In this document: positions 21,820-31,124 of the stretch, piece after piece
Layout of the letters: each line of letters opens with the position of its first letter
Numbering within the stretch: position 1 is the first letter of the stretch
NCBI GenBank assembly: GCA_963781585.1
Contig: CAWAGQ010000004.1
Span: 480,001-544,000 of the forward strand
Direction of reading: 5' to 3'
Source of the DNA: an uncultured Gemmatimonadaceae bacterium
GTDB taxonomy: Bacteria > Gemmatimonadota > Gemmatimonadetes > Gemmatimonadales > Gemmatimonadaceae
Length of the DNA stretch: 64,000 nt
Translations under genes and position numbers: made by a program
The notes under the pieces: model-generated
The model's database searches: none
What the model was told of the DNA's origin: nothing
The model's input: only the letters and a program-made list of their open reading frames with translations

Positions 21820-22832
21820 TGCTGCGGATCCTTCACAACACATCGTACGATTTCATCAAGTGGTGGCGGTGGGCGGCGGGTCTCACTATCGCCTTCATTG
21901 TCATCGGCCTGAGCTCGTTCGTCGTCACCGGCAGCGTGAAGCGCAGCATCGAGTTCACCGGCGGAACGGTGGTGCAGCTCAAGTTCGACCAGCCACCCGA
22001 TCCGTCGGAACTCCGCTCGACGCTCGACCCGGTTGTGCCGGGCGCGGAGATCCAGCAGTTCGGCGATCCGCTGGACTACACCGTGCGCGCCCAGAATCTC
22101 ACCGCCGCGGACACCGTCACGTCCGCGGCTCAGGGCGTCGCGAACAGGGTCGAGACCGCGCTGCGACAGAAGTACGGAGCCGGCTTTCGGGTGGAGGGGC
22201 GCGAAGTGGTGGGACCGAAGGTCGGGAAGGAACTGACCCGCGACGCCATGATCGCGATGGTGCTGGCGGGCCTGGTGACACTCGTCTACCTGGCGTTCCG
22301 GTTCGAGTGGCGGTTCGGCGTGGCGGCCGTGCTTTCCACTCTCCACGACGTGCTCGTCACGCTCAGCTTTATCAAGCTCACCAATCTCGAAGTCTCGCTC
22401 ACCGTGGTGGCGGCGATCCTCACGCTGCTTGGTTACTCCGGGAACGACACCATCATCATCTTCGACCGGGTTCGTGAGAACCTGAAGAAGGTGCGCAAGG
22501 AACCGCTGTACGACACGCTCAATCGTTCGATCAACGAGACCCTGCCGCGGTCGATCCTCACCCACAGCACGACGCTGGCGGCCACCCTGGCCCTGCTCTT
22601 CTTCGCCGGCGAGGTGCTGCGGCCGTTTGCCGTGGTCATGACGTTCGGCGTGTTCGTGGCCACGTTCAGTTCGATCTATGTTGCGTCGCCCATCCTGCTG
22701 TACATCGAGCGACGTTTCCCCCGCGAGCCGGGGGGCAAGGCGAGCGTTTCCGCACGTAGCGCGCGCGCCGCGTCCGAGGTGGACTCACCCTCGCGCCCGC
22801 CCCGAAGCCAGAAGGAGCCCGCGACACGCTAG
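21819..22832 (+). CDS. secF: Protein translocase subunit SecF
   Basis: IEFTGG, VGPKVG, FRFEW, HDV, GYSGNDTIIIFDRVREN, SINETLPR. Confidence 0.96.
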   Translation: MLRILHNTSYDFIKWWRWAAGLTIAFIVIGLSSFVVTGSVKRSIEFTGGTVVQLKFDQPPDPSELRSTLDPVVPGAEIQQFGDPLDYTVRAQNLTAADTVTSAAQGVANRVETALRQKYGAGFRVEGREVVGPKVGKELTRDAMIAMVLAGLVTLVYLAFRFEWRFGVAAVLSTLHDVLVTLSFIKLTNLEVSLTVVAAILTLLGYSGNDTIIIFDRVRENLKKVRKEPLYDTLNRSINETLPRSILTHSTTLAATLALLFFAGEVLRPFAVVMTFGVFVATFSSIYVASPILLYIERRFPREPGGKASVSARSARAASEVDSPSRPPRSQKEPATR

Positions 22833-22859
22833 GGTGGACGCGCCGGCGACTGTACCACG

Positions 22860-23654
22860 TTGAGTCCGGTGTTCATCGACAGCCACACCCATCTCGCGGA
22901 CGCTGCCTTCGCTACCGACGTGGCGGACGTCATCGCGCGCGCACACGCCGCCGGCGCGCGGGCCCTGGTCTGCATCGGTGAGTCACCCGACGCTGCCGAT
23001 CGGTCCGTTCAACTCGTGCGCGCTTACCCTGGCCGGGTGTTTCACACCGCCGGAGTCCATCCGCACGATGCCGACCGCTTCGTAGCGGAACGTGATCTGC
23101 CCCGGCTGCGCCACCACCTTCACCTCGGCGCGGTGGCCGTCGGCGAGTGCGGGCTCGACTACTTCTACGACAGCGCGCCGCGTCAGCGACAGCGCGAGGT
23201 CCTCGCCGCTCAGGTCGCGCTGGCGGGGGAGCTGCGGCGGCCCCTGGTGGTGCACTCTCGTGAGGCAGTGAACGACACCATGGCCATGATCCGCGACGCG
23301 CAGACCGCCGGGGTACAAGGTGTTCTCCACTGCCATACGGGGCCACAGGCGCTGGCGGCCATCGCGCTGGAAGCGGGCTGGTACATCTCGTTCAGCGGGA
23401 TCGTGACGTTCGGTCGGTGGAGCGACGACGATCTCATTCGGTCGATTCCCGGTGATCGACTGCTGGTCGAGTCCGATGCGCCGTATCTCGCGCCGGTGCC
23501 GCATCGCGGGAAGCGCAACGAGCCGGCGCTCGTCACCTTCACGCTCGCGAAAGTGGCGCAGGTCCGTGGCGAAACCGTCGACGTGGTTGGGACGGCGACC
23601 ACCCAGAACACCATGCGCCTGTTTGGGCTGGCACTCGAAGGTACCTCTGCCTAG
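22860..23654 (+). CDS. tatD: TatD family nuclease
   Basis: IDSHTHL, GVHPH, GECGLDY, VHSREA, VLHC, ESDAPYLAP...NEP. Confidence 0.93.
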   Translation: MSPVFIDSHTHLADAAFATDVADVIARAHAAGARALVCIGESPDAADRSVQLVRAYPGRVFHTAGVHPHDADRFVAERDLPRLRHHLHLGAVAVGECGLDYFYDSAPRQRQREVLAAQVALAGELRRPLVVHSREAVNDTMAMIRDAQTAGVQGVLHCHTGPQALAAIALEAGWYISFSGIVTFGRWSDDDLIRSIPGDRLLVESDAPYLAPVPHRGKRNEPALVTFTLAKVAQVRGETVDVVGTATTQNTMRLFGLALEGTSA

Positions 23655-23828
23655 TATCACGCGCCTGCACGACAGCCGAGAGGGCCGAGTCCGGAGTCCC
23701 GCGCGAATGCCGAGGCGCTCCGACGGGTGCAGGACGTGTGGGGGAGGGGAAGGCAGTCGCCGCGAGCGCCGGCGACCGCACCGCTCGTCATGCGAGACTC
23801 GAGACTGCGACTCCAACCCCCAAAGCGC

Positions 23829-25505
23829 GTGACTGCTGTTCCATCCGACATCGAGATCGCCCAGAAGGCGCGGCTCCGTCCTATCACTGACGTCGCCGCT
23901 GAGCTCGGACTCGCGGCCGACGACCTCGATCTCTACGGAAAGTTCAAGGCCAAGATCCCCCTTGAGGTATCGACCCGTCCGGCGCGCGGCAGGCTCGTTC
24001 TGGTCACTGCCATCAACCCCACCGCGGCCGGAGAAGGAAAGACGACGACCTCGGTGGGACTCGCACAGGCCCTCCGCCGCTCAGGCAACAACGTCGCCCT
24101 CTGTATCCGCGAACCATCGCTCGGTCCCGTGTTCGGGGTGAAGGGCGGGGCGGCGGGGGGGGGATACTCGCAGGTGCTGCCGATGGAGGACATCAACCTC
24201 CATTTCACCGGCGACTTTCACGCGATTTCCAGCGCGCACGCGCTCTTGTCGGCGATGCTGGATAATCACCTCCAGCAGGGGAATGCCCTGGGCGTCGATC
24301 CGCGCCGCATTACCTGGCCGCGTACCATCGACATGAACGACCGGGCGTTGCGAAAAGCCATCATCGGCCTGGGAGGGCCGGCCGAGGGCGTCCCGCGCGA
24401 AGAGAAGTTCGTCATCATTCCGGCCAGTGAAGTCATGGCGATCATCGCGCTGGCGACCAACTTCGCGGACCTCGAACAGCGCCTGGCCCACATCATCGTC
24501 GGCGCCACCCGCGGTGCCGAGCGAAAACCGGTGCGCGCGGGCGAGCTCAAGGCGGCCGGTGCCATGGGCCTGCTGCTGCGGGATGCGATCCGGCCGAACC
24601 TGGTGCAGACGCTCGAAGGCGGGCCGGCGTTCGTTCACGCGGGCCCGTTCGGCAACATCGCGCACGGGTGCAACTCGATTGTGGCGACGCGATCCGCGCT
24701 GGCGCTGGCTGATCTGGTCATCACCGAGGCCGGCTTCGGCTCGGACCTTGGCGCCGAGAAGTTCTTCAACATCAAATGCCGGGCGGCCGGACTCGCACCG
24801 GAAGCGGCGGTTCTCGTCGCCACGGTGCGGGCGCTCAAGCTGAACGGTGGCGCGCACAAGACCCGGCTCAGCGTCGAAGACCTGGGCGCGTTGGAACGTG
24901 GCCTGCCGAATCTCGAGCACCACATCGGCAACGTCGCCCAGTTCGGTGTCCCTGTGGTGGTCGCTGTCAATCGCTTCACGAGCGATACCGATGCGGAGCT
25001 GGCCATGGTTACGGACTGCGCGCGGCGCGCCGGGGTACGCGTCGCGCTCAACGAGACCTGGGCGCGCGGCGGCGCCGGCGGCGAAGAGCTTGCCGCGGAG
25101 GTGCTCGCCATGCTCGGCGCGGGCGGAGCGCATTTTGCGCCGCTCTACGACAGCGCCCTCCCCATTCGCGACAAGGTCCTCGCCATTGCCACACGCGTGT
25201 ATGGCGCCGACGGCGTGGACTTCATGCCGAAAGCCGATCGCAACATCGACTACCTGGAGTCCGTAGGCCTCCGTGGGACGCCGATCTGCATGGCCAAGAC
25301 GCAGTACTCGCTCACGGACGACGCGAGCAAGCTGGGCCGGCCGCGGGGCTTCCGGATCACCGTCAACGAGGTTTATCCCGCGGCCGGCGCGGGCTTCGTG
25401 GTGGCGCAGTGCGGTGACATTATGACGATGCCCGGCCTGCCCAAAGAGCCGGCCGCCGAGCGGATGTCCGTGCGCTCGGATGGCTCCATCGTCGGCCTCT
25501 TCTAG
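23829..25505 (+). CDS. fhs: Formate--tetrahydrofolate ligase
   Basis: SDIEIAQ, TAINPTAAGEGKTT, REPSLGPVFGVKGGAAGGGYSQ, HAGPFGNIAHGCNS, TEAGFG, CMAKTQYS, MTMPGLP. GTG start at 23829 inferred. Confidence 0.97.
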   Translation: MTAVPSDIEIAQKARLRPITDVAAELGLAADDLDLYGKFKAKIPLEVSTRPARGRLVLVTAINPTAAGEGKTTTSVGLAQALRRSGNNVALCIREPSLGPVFGVKGGAAGGGYSQVLPMEDINLHFTGDFHAISSAHALLSAMLDNHLQQGNALGVDPRRITWPRTIDMNDRALRKAIIGLGGPAEGVPREEKFVIIPASEVMAIIALATNFADLEQRLAHIIVGATRGAERKPVRAGELKAAGAMGLLLRDAIRPNLVQTLEGGPAFVHAGPFGNIAHGCNSIVATRSALALADLVITEAGFGSDLGAEKFFNIKCRAAGLAPEAAVLVATVRALKLNGGAHKTRLSVEDLGALERGLPNLEHHIGNVAQFGVPVVVAVNRFTSDTDAELAMVTDCARRAGVRVALNETWARGGAGGEELAAEVLAMLGAGGAHFAPLYDSALPIRDKVLAIATRVYGADGVDFMPKADRNIDYLESVGLRGTPICMAKTQYSLTDDASKLGRPRGFRITVNEVYPAAGAGFVVAQCGDIMTMPGLPKEPAAERMSVRSDGSIVGLF

Positions 25506-25513
25506 GAGATTGC

Positions 25514-25897
25514 GTGAGTAATCAGACGATACAGACGCCGCGAGCACCGGCCGCCATCGGCCCCTATTCGCAGGGCATCGTGGCGGGCGGCCTCCTCTTC
25601 ACCGCCGGCCAGATCGCAATCGACCCGGTGTCGGGTCAAGTGGTGCCGGGCGACGTGGTACCGCAGACGGAGCGCGTCCTCGCCAACCTCCAGGCGATCC
25701 TCGAGGCGTGCGGAGCGGACTGGTCCAGCGTGGTGAAGACTACGGTCTTTCTCGCCGATATGGCCGACTTCCCCCGCATGAACGACGTGTATGCACGTGT
25801 GCTGGGTGCCGCCCGTCCGGCGCGTTCGACGGTCCAGGTGGCCGGCCTGCCGCGTGGCGTGGCGGTGGAGATAGACGCCGTCGCGAAGGTCGCGTAG
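25514..25897 (+). CDS. ridA: RidA/YjgF family enamine/imine deaminase
   Basis: APAAIGPYSQ, TAGQI, VVKTTVFL, MNDVY, PARSTV.V..LP..VEI. Confidence 0.92.
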   Translation: MSNQTIQTPRAPAAIGPYSQGIVAGGLLFTAGQIAIDPVSGQVVPGDVVPQTERVLANLQAILEACGADWSSVVKTTVFLADMADFPRMNDVYARVLGAARPARSTVQVAGLPRGVAVEIDAVAKVA

Positions 25898-25993
25898 GCC
25901 CTCAGTAGCCGCGCCTCGCGTGGACCAGGCGCTTGCCTTCGGCCCTCGAGGGGTCTCGATGATAGGCTTGAGCGACTTGTCATGAGTGCCTAA

Positions 25994-26077
25994 CGACTTC
26001 CGACTTCCGCGCTCCGACTTCCGACTTCCGCCCTCCGCCCTCCGCCCTCCGGCTTCCCTCCTCCGACCTCCGACCTC
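25994..26077 (+). repeat. Tandem array of 12 imperfect heptamers (consensus CG[A/C]C[T/C]TC)
   Basis: CGACTTC CGACTTC CGCGCTC CGACTTC CGACTTC CGCCCTC CGCCCTC CGCCCTC CGGCTTC CCTCCTC CGACCTC CGACCTC. Confidence 0.92.
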
Positions 26078-26079
26078 CC

Positions 26080-27117
26080 GTGTCCCACACTCGCGACCAG
26101 CTCTTCCGGCTCACCCAATTCGCGCGCTGCGCTGGTTGAGCGTCCAAGATGGGTCCGGGTGACCTGATGAAGGCGCTCGCGCCGCTGCCTCTGCGCGCCG
26201 ATCCCCGCATCCTCGTCGGTCGAGAGTCGTTCGACGACGCGGGAGTCTTTCGCGTGAGCGACGACCTCGCTCTGGTGCAGACGGTCGATTTCTTCGCGCC
26301 GATCGTTGATGACCCGTACGAATTCGGCCAGATCGCGGCCGCCAACGCGCTCTCCGATATCTACGCCATGGGGGGGGAACCGCTCACCGCGCTCTCGATC
26401 GTCGGCTTTCCGTCGGAGCAGCTCCCGATCGAGGTGCTCACCGCCATCCTCCGGGGCGGCCAGGAGAAGGTGCATGAGGCCGGAGCCGCCGTCATCGGCG
26501 GCCACACGGTAATCGACGAGGAACTCAAGTACGGACTCGCGGTCACTGGCCGGGTGGACCCGCGACACATGCTCACCAACGATGCGGCCGCGGTGGGAGA
26601 TCTCCTCGTGCTCACGAAGCCCCTCGGTACCGGGTTCGTCTCCACGGCCCTGAAACGCGGCACGGTGTCGCGAGATCGCGCTGACGACGCGCTCGATTCC
26701 ATGCGCCTGCTGAACGCTGCGGCGGCGCGCGCGGCGCAGGAAATCGGCGTTCGCTGCGCCACCGACGTGACCGGATTCGGACTCGCCGGCCACGCCTCAC
26801 ACGTTGCCAGGGCCAGCGGCGTCTCGCTGCAGTTCGATGCCTCCACGCTCCCGGCGTTCGATTGCGTTCGCGACGCGTGGACGGACGGGGCGACTCCCGC
26901 GGGCGCGGATCGAAACCTGGCGTACCTCGACGCCCTCGTGCATTGGGGAAGCGCCACCCCATTTGAACGCGCCCTGGTGGTCGATCCGCAGACCTCGGGT
27001 GGACTGCTGCTCGCGATCCCTCAGTCCCTCCTGGCGGAGTATCTTTCCCGCGTTCCCGCCGCGGCCACGGTCGGTGAAGTCCTGCCGCGCGGCGATCGAC
27101 TCGTGGTGCTCGCGTGA
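26080..27117 (+). CDS. selD: Selenide, water dikinase; selenoprotein with in-frame UGA (Sec20)
   Basis: GTG 26080 gives MSHTRDQLFRLTQFARCAG-[TGA 26137-26139]-ASKMGPGDL, in frame with ORF 26149..27117 (DDAGVF, QTVDFF, ANALSDIYAMGG, GGHT, TKPLGTG, TDVTGFGL.GH, DPQTSGGLL). Confidence 0.95.
26140..26176 (+). promoter_or_regulatory. Putative bacterial SECIS hairpin
   Basis: Immediately 3' of the UGA: lower stem GCGTC/GGCGC, upper stem GGGTC/GACCT, loop CGGGT starting 16 nt after the UGA. Confidence 0.6.
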
Positions 27118-27124
27118 TCTTCGT

Positions 27125-27221
27125 GGGGGTGTATGGGGCCTGGTGGCTTCCGTCGTCTTCAAAACGATTGTGACCTGACTTCGTCGGGTTGGGTGGGTTC
27201 GATTCCCACACGCTCCCGCCA
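27125..27221 (+). tRNA. selC: tRNA-Sec (anticodon TCA)
   Basis: 8-bp acceptor GGGGGTGT/ACGCTCCC, extended D stem, anticodon loop CT-TCA-AA (27159-27161), long variable arm, GTGGG-TTCGATT-CCCAC T arm, GCCA end. Confidence 0.96.
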
Positions 27222-27300
27222 CCGGGTGCTCGAGTGCGACCGGTCAGGGGACGCCGGCAATGTGCCATCCGGCGCGCCTCGAACCGGAAGTCGGTTCGGC

Positions 27301-27990
27301 GTGATGGGCGGACGCATGGCGGTCGCGGCCGCCATGCTGCTGGCAGCCGGAGACGCGCGCGCCCAACGCCCCGACTCTGCGGCGGTGCGGGCGGATTCCA
27401 TCGCGCGTGCCCGGACCGATTCCCTGGCGCGCGTCAGGGCCGATTCCGTCGCGCGCGCGACGGCCGATTCCGCGAGTCGGGCTGCGCGAACTCGTCAGGC
27501 AGTTGCCGTGCGCGCGCCGCGCGACTCGCTGAGTCCCCCCATTTCGCCTGGACGCGCCTTTCTCTATTCCTTTGCGCTGCCGGGCCTGGGCCAGGCGCGC
27601 CTCCACCGGTTCACGGGAGCAATCTACGTCACTGTCGAGGCGGTCGCGGTCGCGATGACGACAAAAGCGGCGAACGACCTTCGCATCGCGCGCGCCCACG
27701 CGCACGACGTCGTCATTGGATCCTACGCCACCGATCCCGCGACCGGCGCCCCTACCGTGGACGCGCAGGGCGCATTCGTTCGCGCCGACACGGTCGAGAA
27801 CCGCAACGCCGGCAACCGGGTGAAGGCACGACGGACGCACGTCGAGGACTGGGTGGCGGTGCTCGTGTTCAACCACCTGTTCGCGGGCGCGGACGCGTTC
27901 GTCGCCGCGCATCTCTGGGATCTTCCCGCCCGCGTGGAGATTCGGTCCACACCGCGGGGGCCGGCGCTGGGCGTCAACGTGCGATGGTAA
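27301..27990 (+). CDS. Exported/membrane protein, DUF5683-like
   Basis: Signal-peptide-like start, four ADS.AR-type repeats, SP..A..YS..LPGLGQ motif, DAFV.AHL and C-terminal VNVRW. Start uncertain. Confidence 0.65.
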   Translation: MMGGRMAVAAAMLLAAGDARAQRPDSAAVRADSIARARTDSLARVRADSVARATADSASRAARTRQAVAVRAPRDSLSPPISPGRAFLYSFALPGLGQARLHRFTGAIYVTVEAVAVAMTTKAANDLRIARAHAHDVVIGSYATDPATGAPTVDAQGAFVRADTVENRNAGNRVKARRTHVEDWVAVLVFNHLFAGADAFVAAHLWDLPARVEIRSTPRGPALGVNVRW

Positions 27991-28774
27991 CGCGAGCGGC
28001 GTTGGGCACACGCCGCGCTTCGCGCGCCAGCACTTCGTCCCCGCCGCCGGGCCTCCAGCGGCGCAACTCGACCGCCGCAGCGTCCACGCGCAGGTAGGTC
28101 GTATCGTCCATCCAGGTTCCCGCGTTGGCGTAGATGCCGCCGCCGGCCACCCGCTCCAGTTCCGCCACGTGGGAATGTCCGAACACCAGCAGGTCCAGCG
28201 ACGGATCGCCGTCGAGGGTGCGCCGGGCCACCTCGCGCAATCCCGCGCCGCCGTCGCGGGCGCGGTAGGAGCGACTGGCCTGCGAGCTGCCTAACGCCAA
28301 TCGCGTCCCGAGATCCGGATGGACCAGGCGAAAGGCGCGTACCGCCCACGGGTGGCGGAGAACCGCCCGGAGCGCGCGGTAACGCCGGTCCTCGGCACGG
28401 CGAAGACCATCGCCATGGTCGATCCGCACCGACCAGCCGGCGATGTCTCCCCGCCACGCGCCCACGTGATACTGCACCCCGACGTCGGCCCGCAGCACAT
28501 CGCCACCCCAGCAATCGTGATTCCCCGCGATCCATAGAATCGGGACTCCCCGCTCCGCCAACCGCGCCAGTTGTGCCACCACGCGAAACCCGACCCGCGG
28601 GATCACCGAGCGCCACTCGAACCAGAAGTCGAACAGGTCGCCGTTCACGATCAGCGACCCCGCCTCGTCTTCGAGCGTCTCCAGAAACCGGAGGATTCCT
28701 CGCTCCACCTCGGGCGGTGTCACGCCGAGATGGGCGTCGGAAATGAGGTAGCACGGTGGCGGGAGCACGGGCAC
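27974..28774 (-). CDS. lpxH: UDP-2,3-diacylglucosamine diphosphatase (LpxH-like metallophosphoesterase)
   Basis: [34 protein letters not shown]. Confidence 0.85.
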   Translation of the reverse strand: MPVLPPPCYLISDAHLGVTPPEVERGILRFLETLEDEAGSLIVNGDLFDFWFEWRSVIPRVGFRVVAQLARLAERGVPILWIAGNHDCWGGDVLRADVGVQYHVGAWRGDIAGWSVRIDHGDGLRRAEDRRYRALRAVLRHPWAVRAFRLVHPDLGTRLALGSSQASRSYRARDGGAGLREVARRTLDGDPSLDLLVFGHSHVAELERVAGGGIYANAGTWMDDTTYLRVDAAAVELRRWRPGGGDEVLAREARRVPNAARVTIAR

Positions 28775-28856
28775 AGTTTACCGGGCGATTCGTCTCTTTA
28801 CAAACTTCGCGGGAGCACCCATCTTCGCGCCCGGTGCTACACCCATAGGGGGACGG

Positions 28857-29150
28857 ATGCCAGAACGCGCGCTCGGCCTCATCGAGACCAAGGGACTCGT
28901 CGGGGCCATCGAAGCCGCAGATGCCATGGTCAAAGCGGCAAATGTCCGCTTGATCGGCAAGGAGAAGGTCGGAGGCGGCTACGTGACGGTCATGGTCCGC
29001 GGCGATGTCGGCGCGGTGAAGGCGGCGACGGACGCCGGAGCGGCGGCCGCCGAGCGGGTGGGCGAGCTGGTTTCCGTGCACGTGATTCCCAGACCGCACG
29101 CCGAGCTCGAGTTGATCATCCCGCAAGGCCCACCAGGTGAGAGCACCTGA
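28857..29150 (+). CDS. BMC shell hexamer protein (EutM/PduA-like)
   Basis: [26 protein letters not shown]...[20 protein letters not shown]...HVIPRPH; SD GGGGG upstream. Confidence 0.97.
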   Translation: MPERALGLIETKGLVGAIEAADAMVKAANVRLIGKEKVGGGYVTVMVRGDVGAVKAATDAGAAAAERVGELVSVHVIPRPHAELELIIPQGPPGEST

Positions 29151-29616
29151 GCGGGAGTCCAGCGGAGGGGCGCTCGGACTCATCGAGACGCGGGGATTGG
29201 TCGGCGCCCTCGAAGCGGCCGACGCCGGACTGAAGGCTGCCCTGGTGCGCCTCCTGGGTACGGAGCGCGCCGATGCCGGTCTCGTGACGGTGAAGTTCCT
29301 TGGTGACACGGCGGCCGTGAAGGCCGCCGTCGATGCGGGCGCTGCCGCCGCAGAGCGGGTCGGCCATCTCGTCTCCGTCCATGTCATCCCCCGCCCACAT
29401 GACGAGTTGTCGCTGGTCACAGCCGATGACGAGGCCGCCGGCTCCGAGCCGCCAATGATCGGCGGACGATTCGACATGGCGGCGCTGCAGCGGGCGAAGG
29501 TCGTGGATCTCCGCGCCACGGCCCGTCGCGTCCCGGGTTTCCCCATCAAGGGTCGTGATGTGGCGCGCGCGGGCCGCGAAGAACTCCTCGCCGCCTTTCA
29601 GTCGCTGCTCCGCTGA
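29137..29616 (+). CDS. BMC shell hexamer protein with C-terminal helical extension
   Basis: ALGLIETRG...[10 protein letters not shown]...[13 protein letters not shown]...HVIPRPH, plus a ~50 aa tail ([31 protein letters not shown]). Confidence 0.93.
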   Translation: MRAPERESSGGALGLIETRGLVGALEAADAGLKAALVRLLGTERADAGLVTVKFLGDTAAVKAAVDAGAAAAERVGHLVSVHVIPRPHDELSLVTADDEAAGSEPPMIGGRFDMAALQRAKVVDLRATARRVPGFPIKGRDVARAGREELLAAFQSLLR

Positions 29617-29627
29617 CCCACGGCGCC

Positions 29628-31124
29628 ATGGACGCCGACCTGCAGAGCATCCAGGAAGCGCGCGATCTGGTAGCCCGCGCTGCGGCGGCGCAGGCGGCCT
29701 TTGCCAACGCCACGCAGGAACGCGTCGACGCGGTGGTGCGCGCCATGGCGACCGCCGCTTCAGCTGCGGCCGAGCCGCTGGCGCGCATGGCGGTCGACGA
29801 AACGCGCATGGGCGTATACGAGCACAAGATCATCAAGAATCGCTTTGCGTCCGACACCCTGGCTGCGTACATCCTGCCCATGCGCACGGTGGGCGTGCTC
29901 CATGACGACCCGGAGCGGCGAGTGCGAGAACTGGCCGTGCCAATGGGCGTCGTGGGCGCCATCGTCCCGACGACAAATCCCACCTCGACCGCGATCTACA
30001 AGGCGCTCATCTCGCTCAAGGCGCGCAATGCGATCGTGATGTCACCGCACCCGCGCGCCGTTCAGTGCACGGTCGAAGCCGCGAACGTGCTCGAGCGCGC
30101 GGCCGTCTCGGCGGGGGCGCCCCCCGGTCTCGTGAACGCCATGACGGCGCCCACGCTCGACGGGACCAGGGCCCTCATGCACCATCGCGAAACCGCCGTG
30201 CTCCTCGCCACCGGAGGCACGGACATGGTGCGTGCCGTGTATTCGTCAGGCAAACCGGCCTATGGCGTGGGTCCCGGCAACGTGCCGGCCATCATCGAAC
30301 GGACCGCGCGTGTCGACAAGGCGGTAGCGGACGTGGTGGACGGCAAGACCTTCGACGCGGGAGTGCTCTGTTCGGCGGAGAACGCGGTGGTCGTCGACGC
30401 ACCGGTCGAACGCGACGTCCGCGGGGCGTTCCAGCGGGAGCGGGCGCATTTCTGCACCCCGGAGGAGAAGCGTGCTCTCGAACGGTTGATGATCCCGCCA
30501 TCGGGGAAGGGCATCAACCCCGACGTCGTGGGCCAGCAGCCGCAGGCGATCGCGCGCATGGCCGGCTTCCCTGTTTCTCCCGACGCGAAGCTCCTGATCG
30601 TCGAGCTCACGGGCGTCGGCCGTGGCGATCCACTCAGCCGCGAGAAGCTCTGCCCGGTGCTGGCGTACTTCGTCGAGGACGGCTGGGAAGCGTGCTGTCA
30701 CCGCGCGATCGAACTGCTGCGCTACGGTGGCATCGGTCACTCGCTGAGCATTCACAGCCGCGACCAATACGTGATCGACCGGTTCTTCGAGGAGAAGCCC
30801 GCGTTTCGCATCATCGTGAACTCCAACACCGCCATCGGAGCGGTCGGCTTCACGACCGGCTTCGCGCCGGCGATGACGTTGGGTCCCGGCTCGTGGGGCG
30901 GCAGCATCACCTCGGACAACATCACCCCGCTTCACCTCATCAACGTCAAGCGGATCGGCGAGGAGATCCGGCCGTATCGTGATCCGCTGCGCGATTCCGT
31001 ACCGGCCGGCGCCGCCAAGGCACCGCGCACCGAGTCGGACTTTCCGGACGGGAGCCTTGACGAGCAGGGCGTGCAGCGGGTGGTAGCCGATTTCCTGACC
31101 GAGTTCCGGGCCTCGCATCGATGA
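29628..31124 (+). CDS. CoA-acylating aldehyde dehydrogenase (EutE/PduP/AdhE-N-like) with C-terminal encapsulation-peptide-like helix
   Basis: PMGVVGAIVPTTNPTST, LKARNA..SPHPRA, LATGG, GVGPGNVP, catalytic Cys in GVLCSAEN, EKLCPVL, GHS..IH, TLGPGSWGG. Confidence 0.93.
   Translation: MDADLQSIQEARDLVARAAAAQAAFANATQERVDAVVRAMATAASAAAEPLARMAVDETRMGVYEHKIIKNRFASDTLAAYILPMRTVGVLHDDPERRVRELAVPMGVVGAIVPTTNPTSTAIYKALISLKARNAIVMSPHPRAVQCTVEAANVLERAAVSAGAPPGLVNAMTAPTLDGTRALMHHRETAVLLATGGTDMVRAVYSSGKPAYGVGPGNVPAIIERTARVDKAVADVVDGKTFDAGVLCSAENAVVVDAPVERDVRGAFQRERAHFCTPEEKRALERLMIPPSGKGINPDVVGQQPQAIARMAGFPVSPDAKLLIVELTGVGRGDPLSREKLCPVLAYFVEDGWEACCHRAIELLRYGGIGHSLSIHSRDQYVIDRFFEEKPAFRIIVNSNTAIGAVGFTTGFAPAMTLGPGSWGGSITSDNITPLHLINVKRIGEEIRPYRDPLRDSVPAGAAKAPRTESDFPDGSLDEQGVQRVVADFLTEFRASHR

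Noticed and set aside
23658..23828. ZTP (pfl), THF or SAH riboswitch upstream of fhs
   Set aside because: Hallmarks such as ZTP GACTGGCG...CGCCTGGG are absent; kept only as an unassigned structured leader.
25994..26077. Possible CRISPR array
   Set aside because: 7-nt tandem units with no spacers and no cas genes; kept as a simple repeat.
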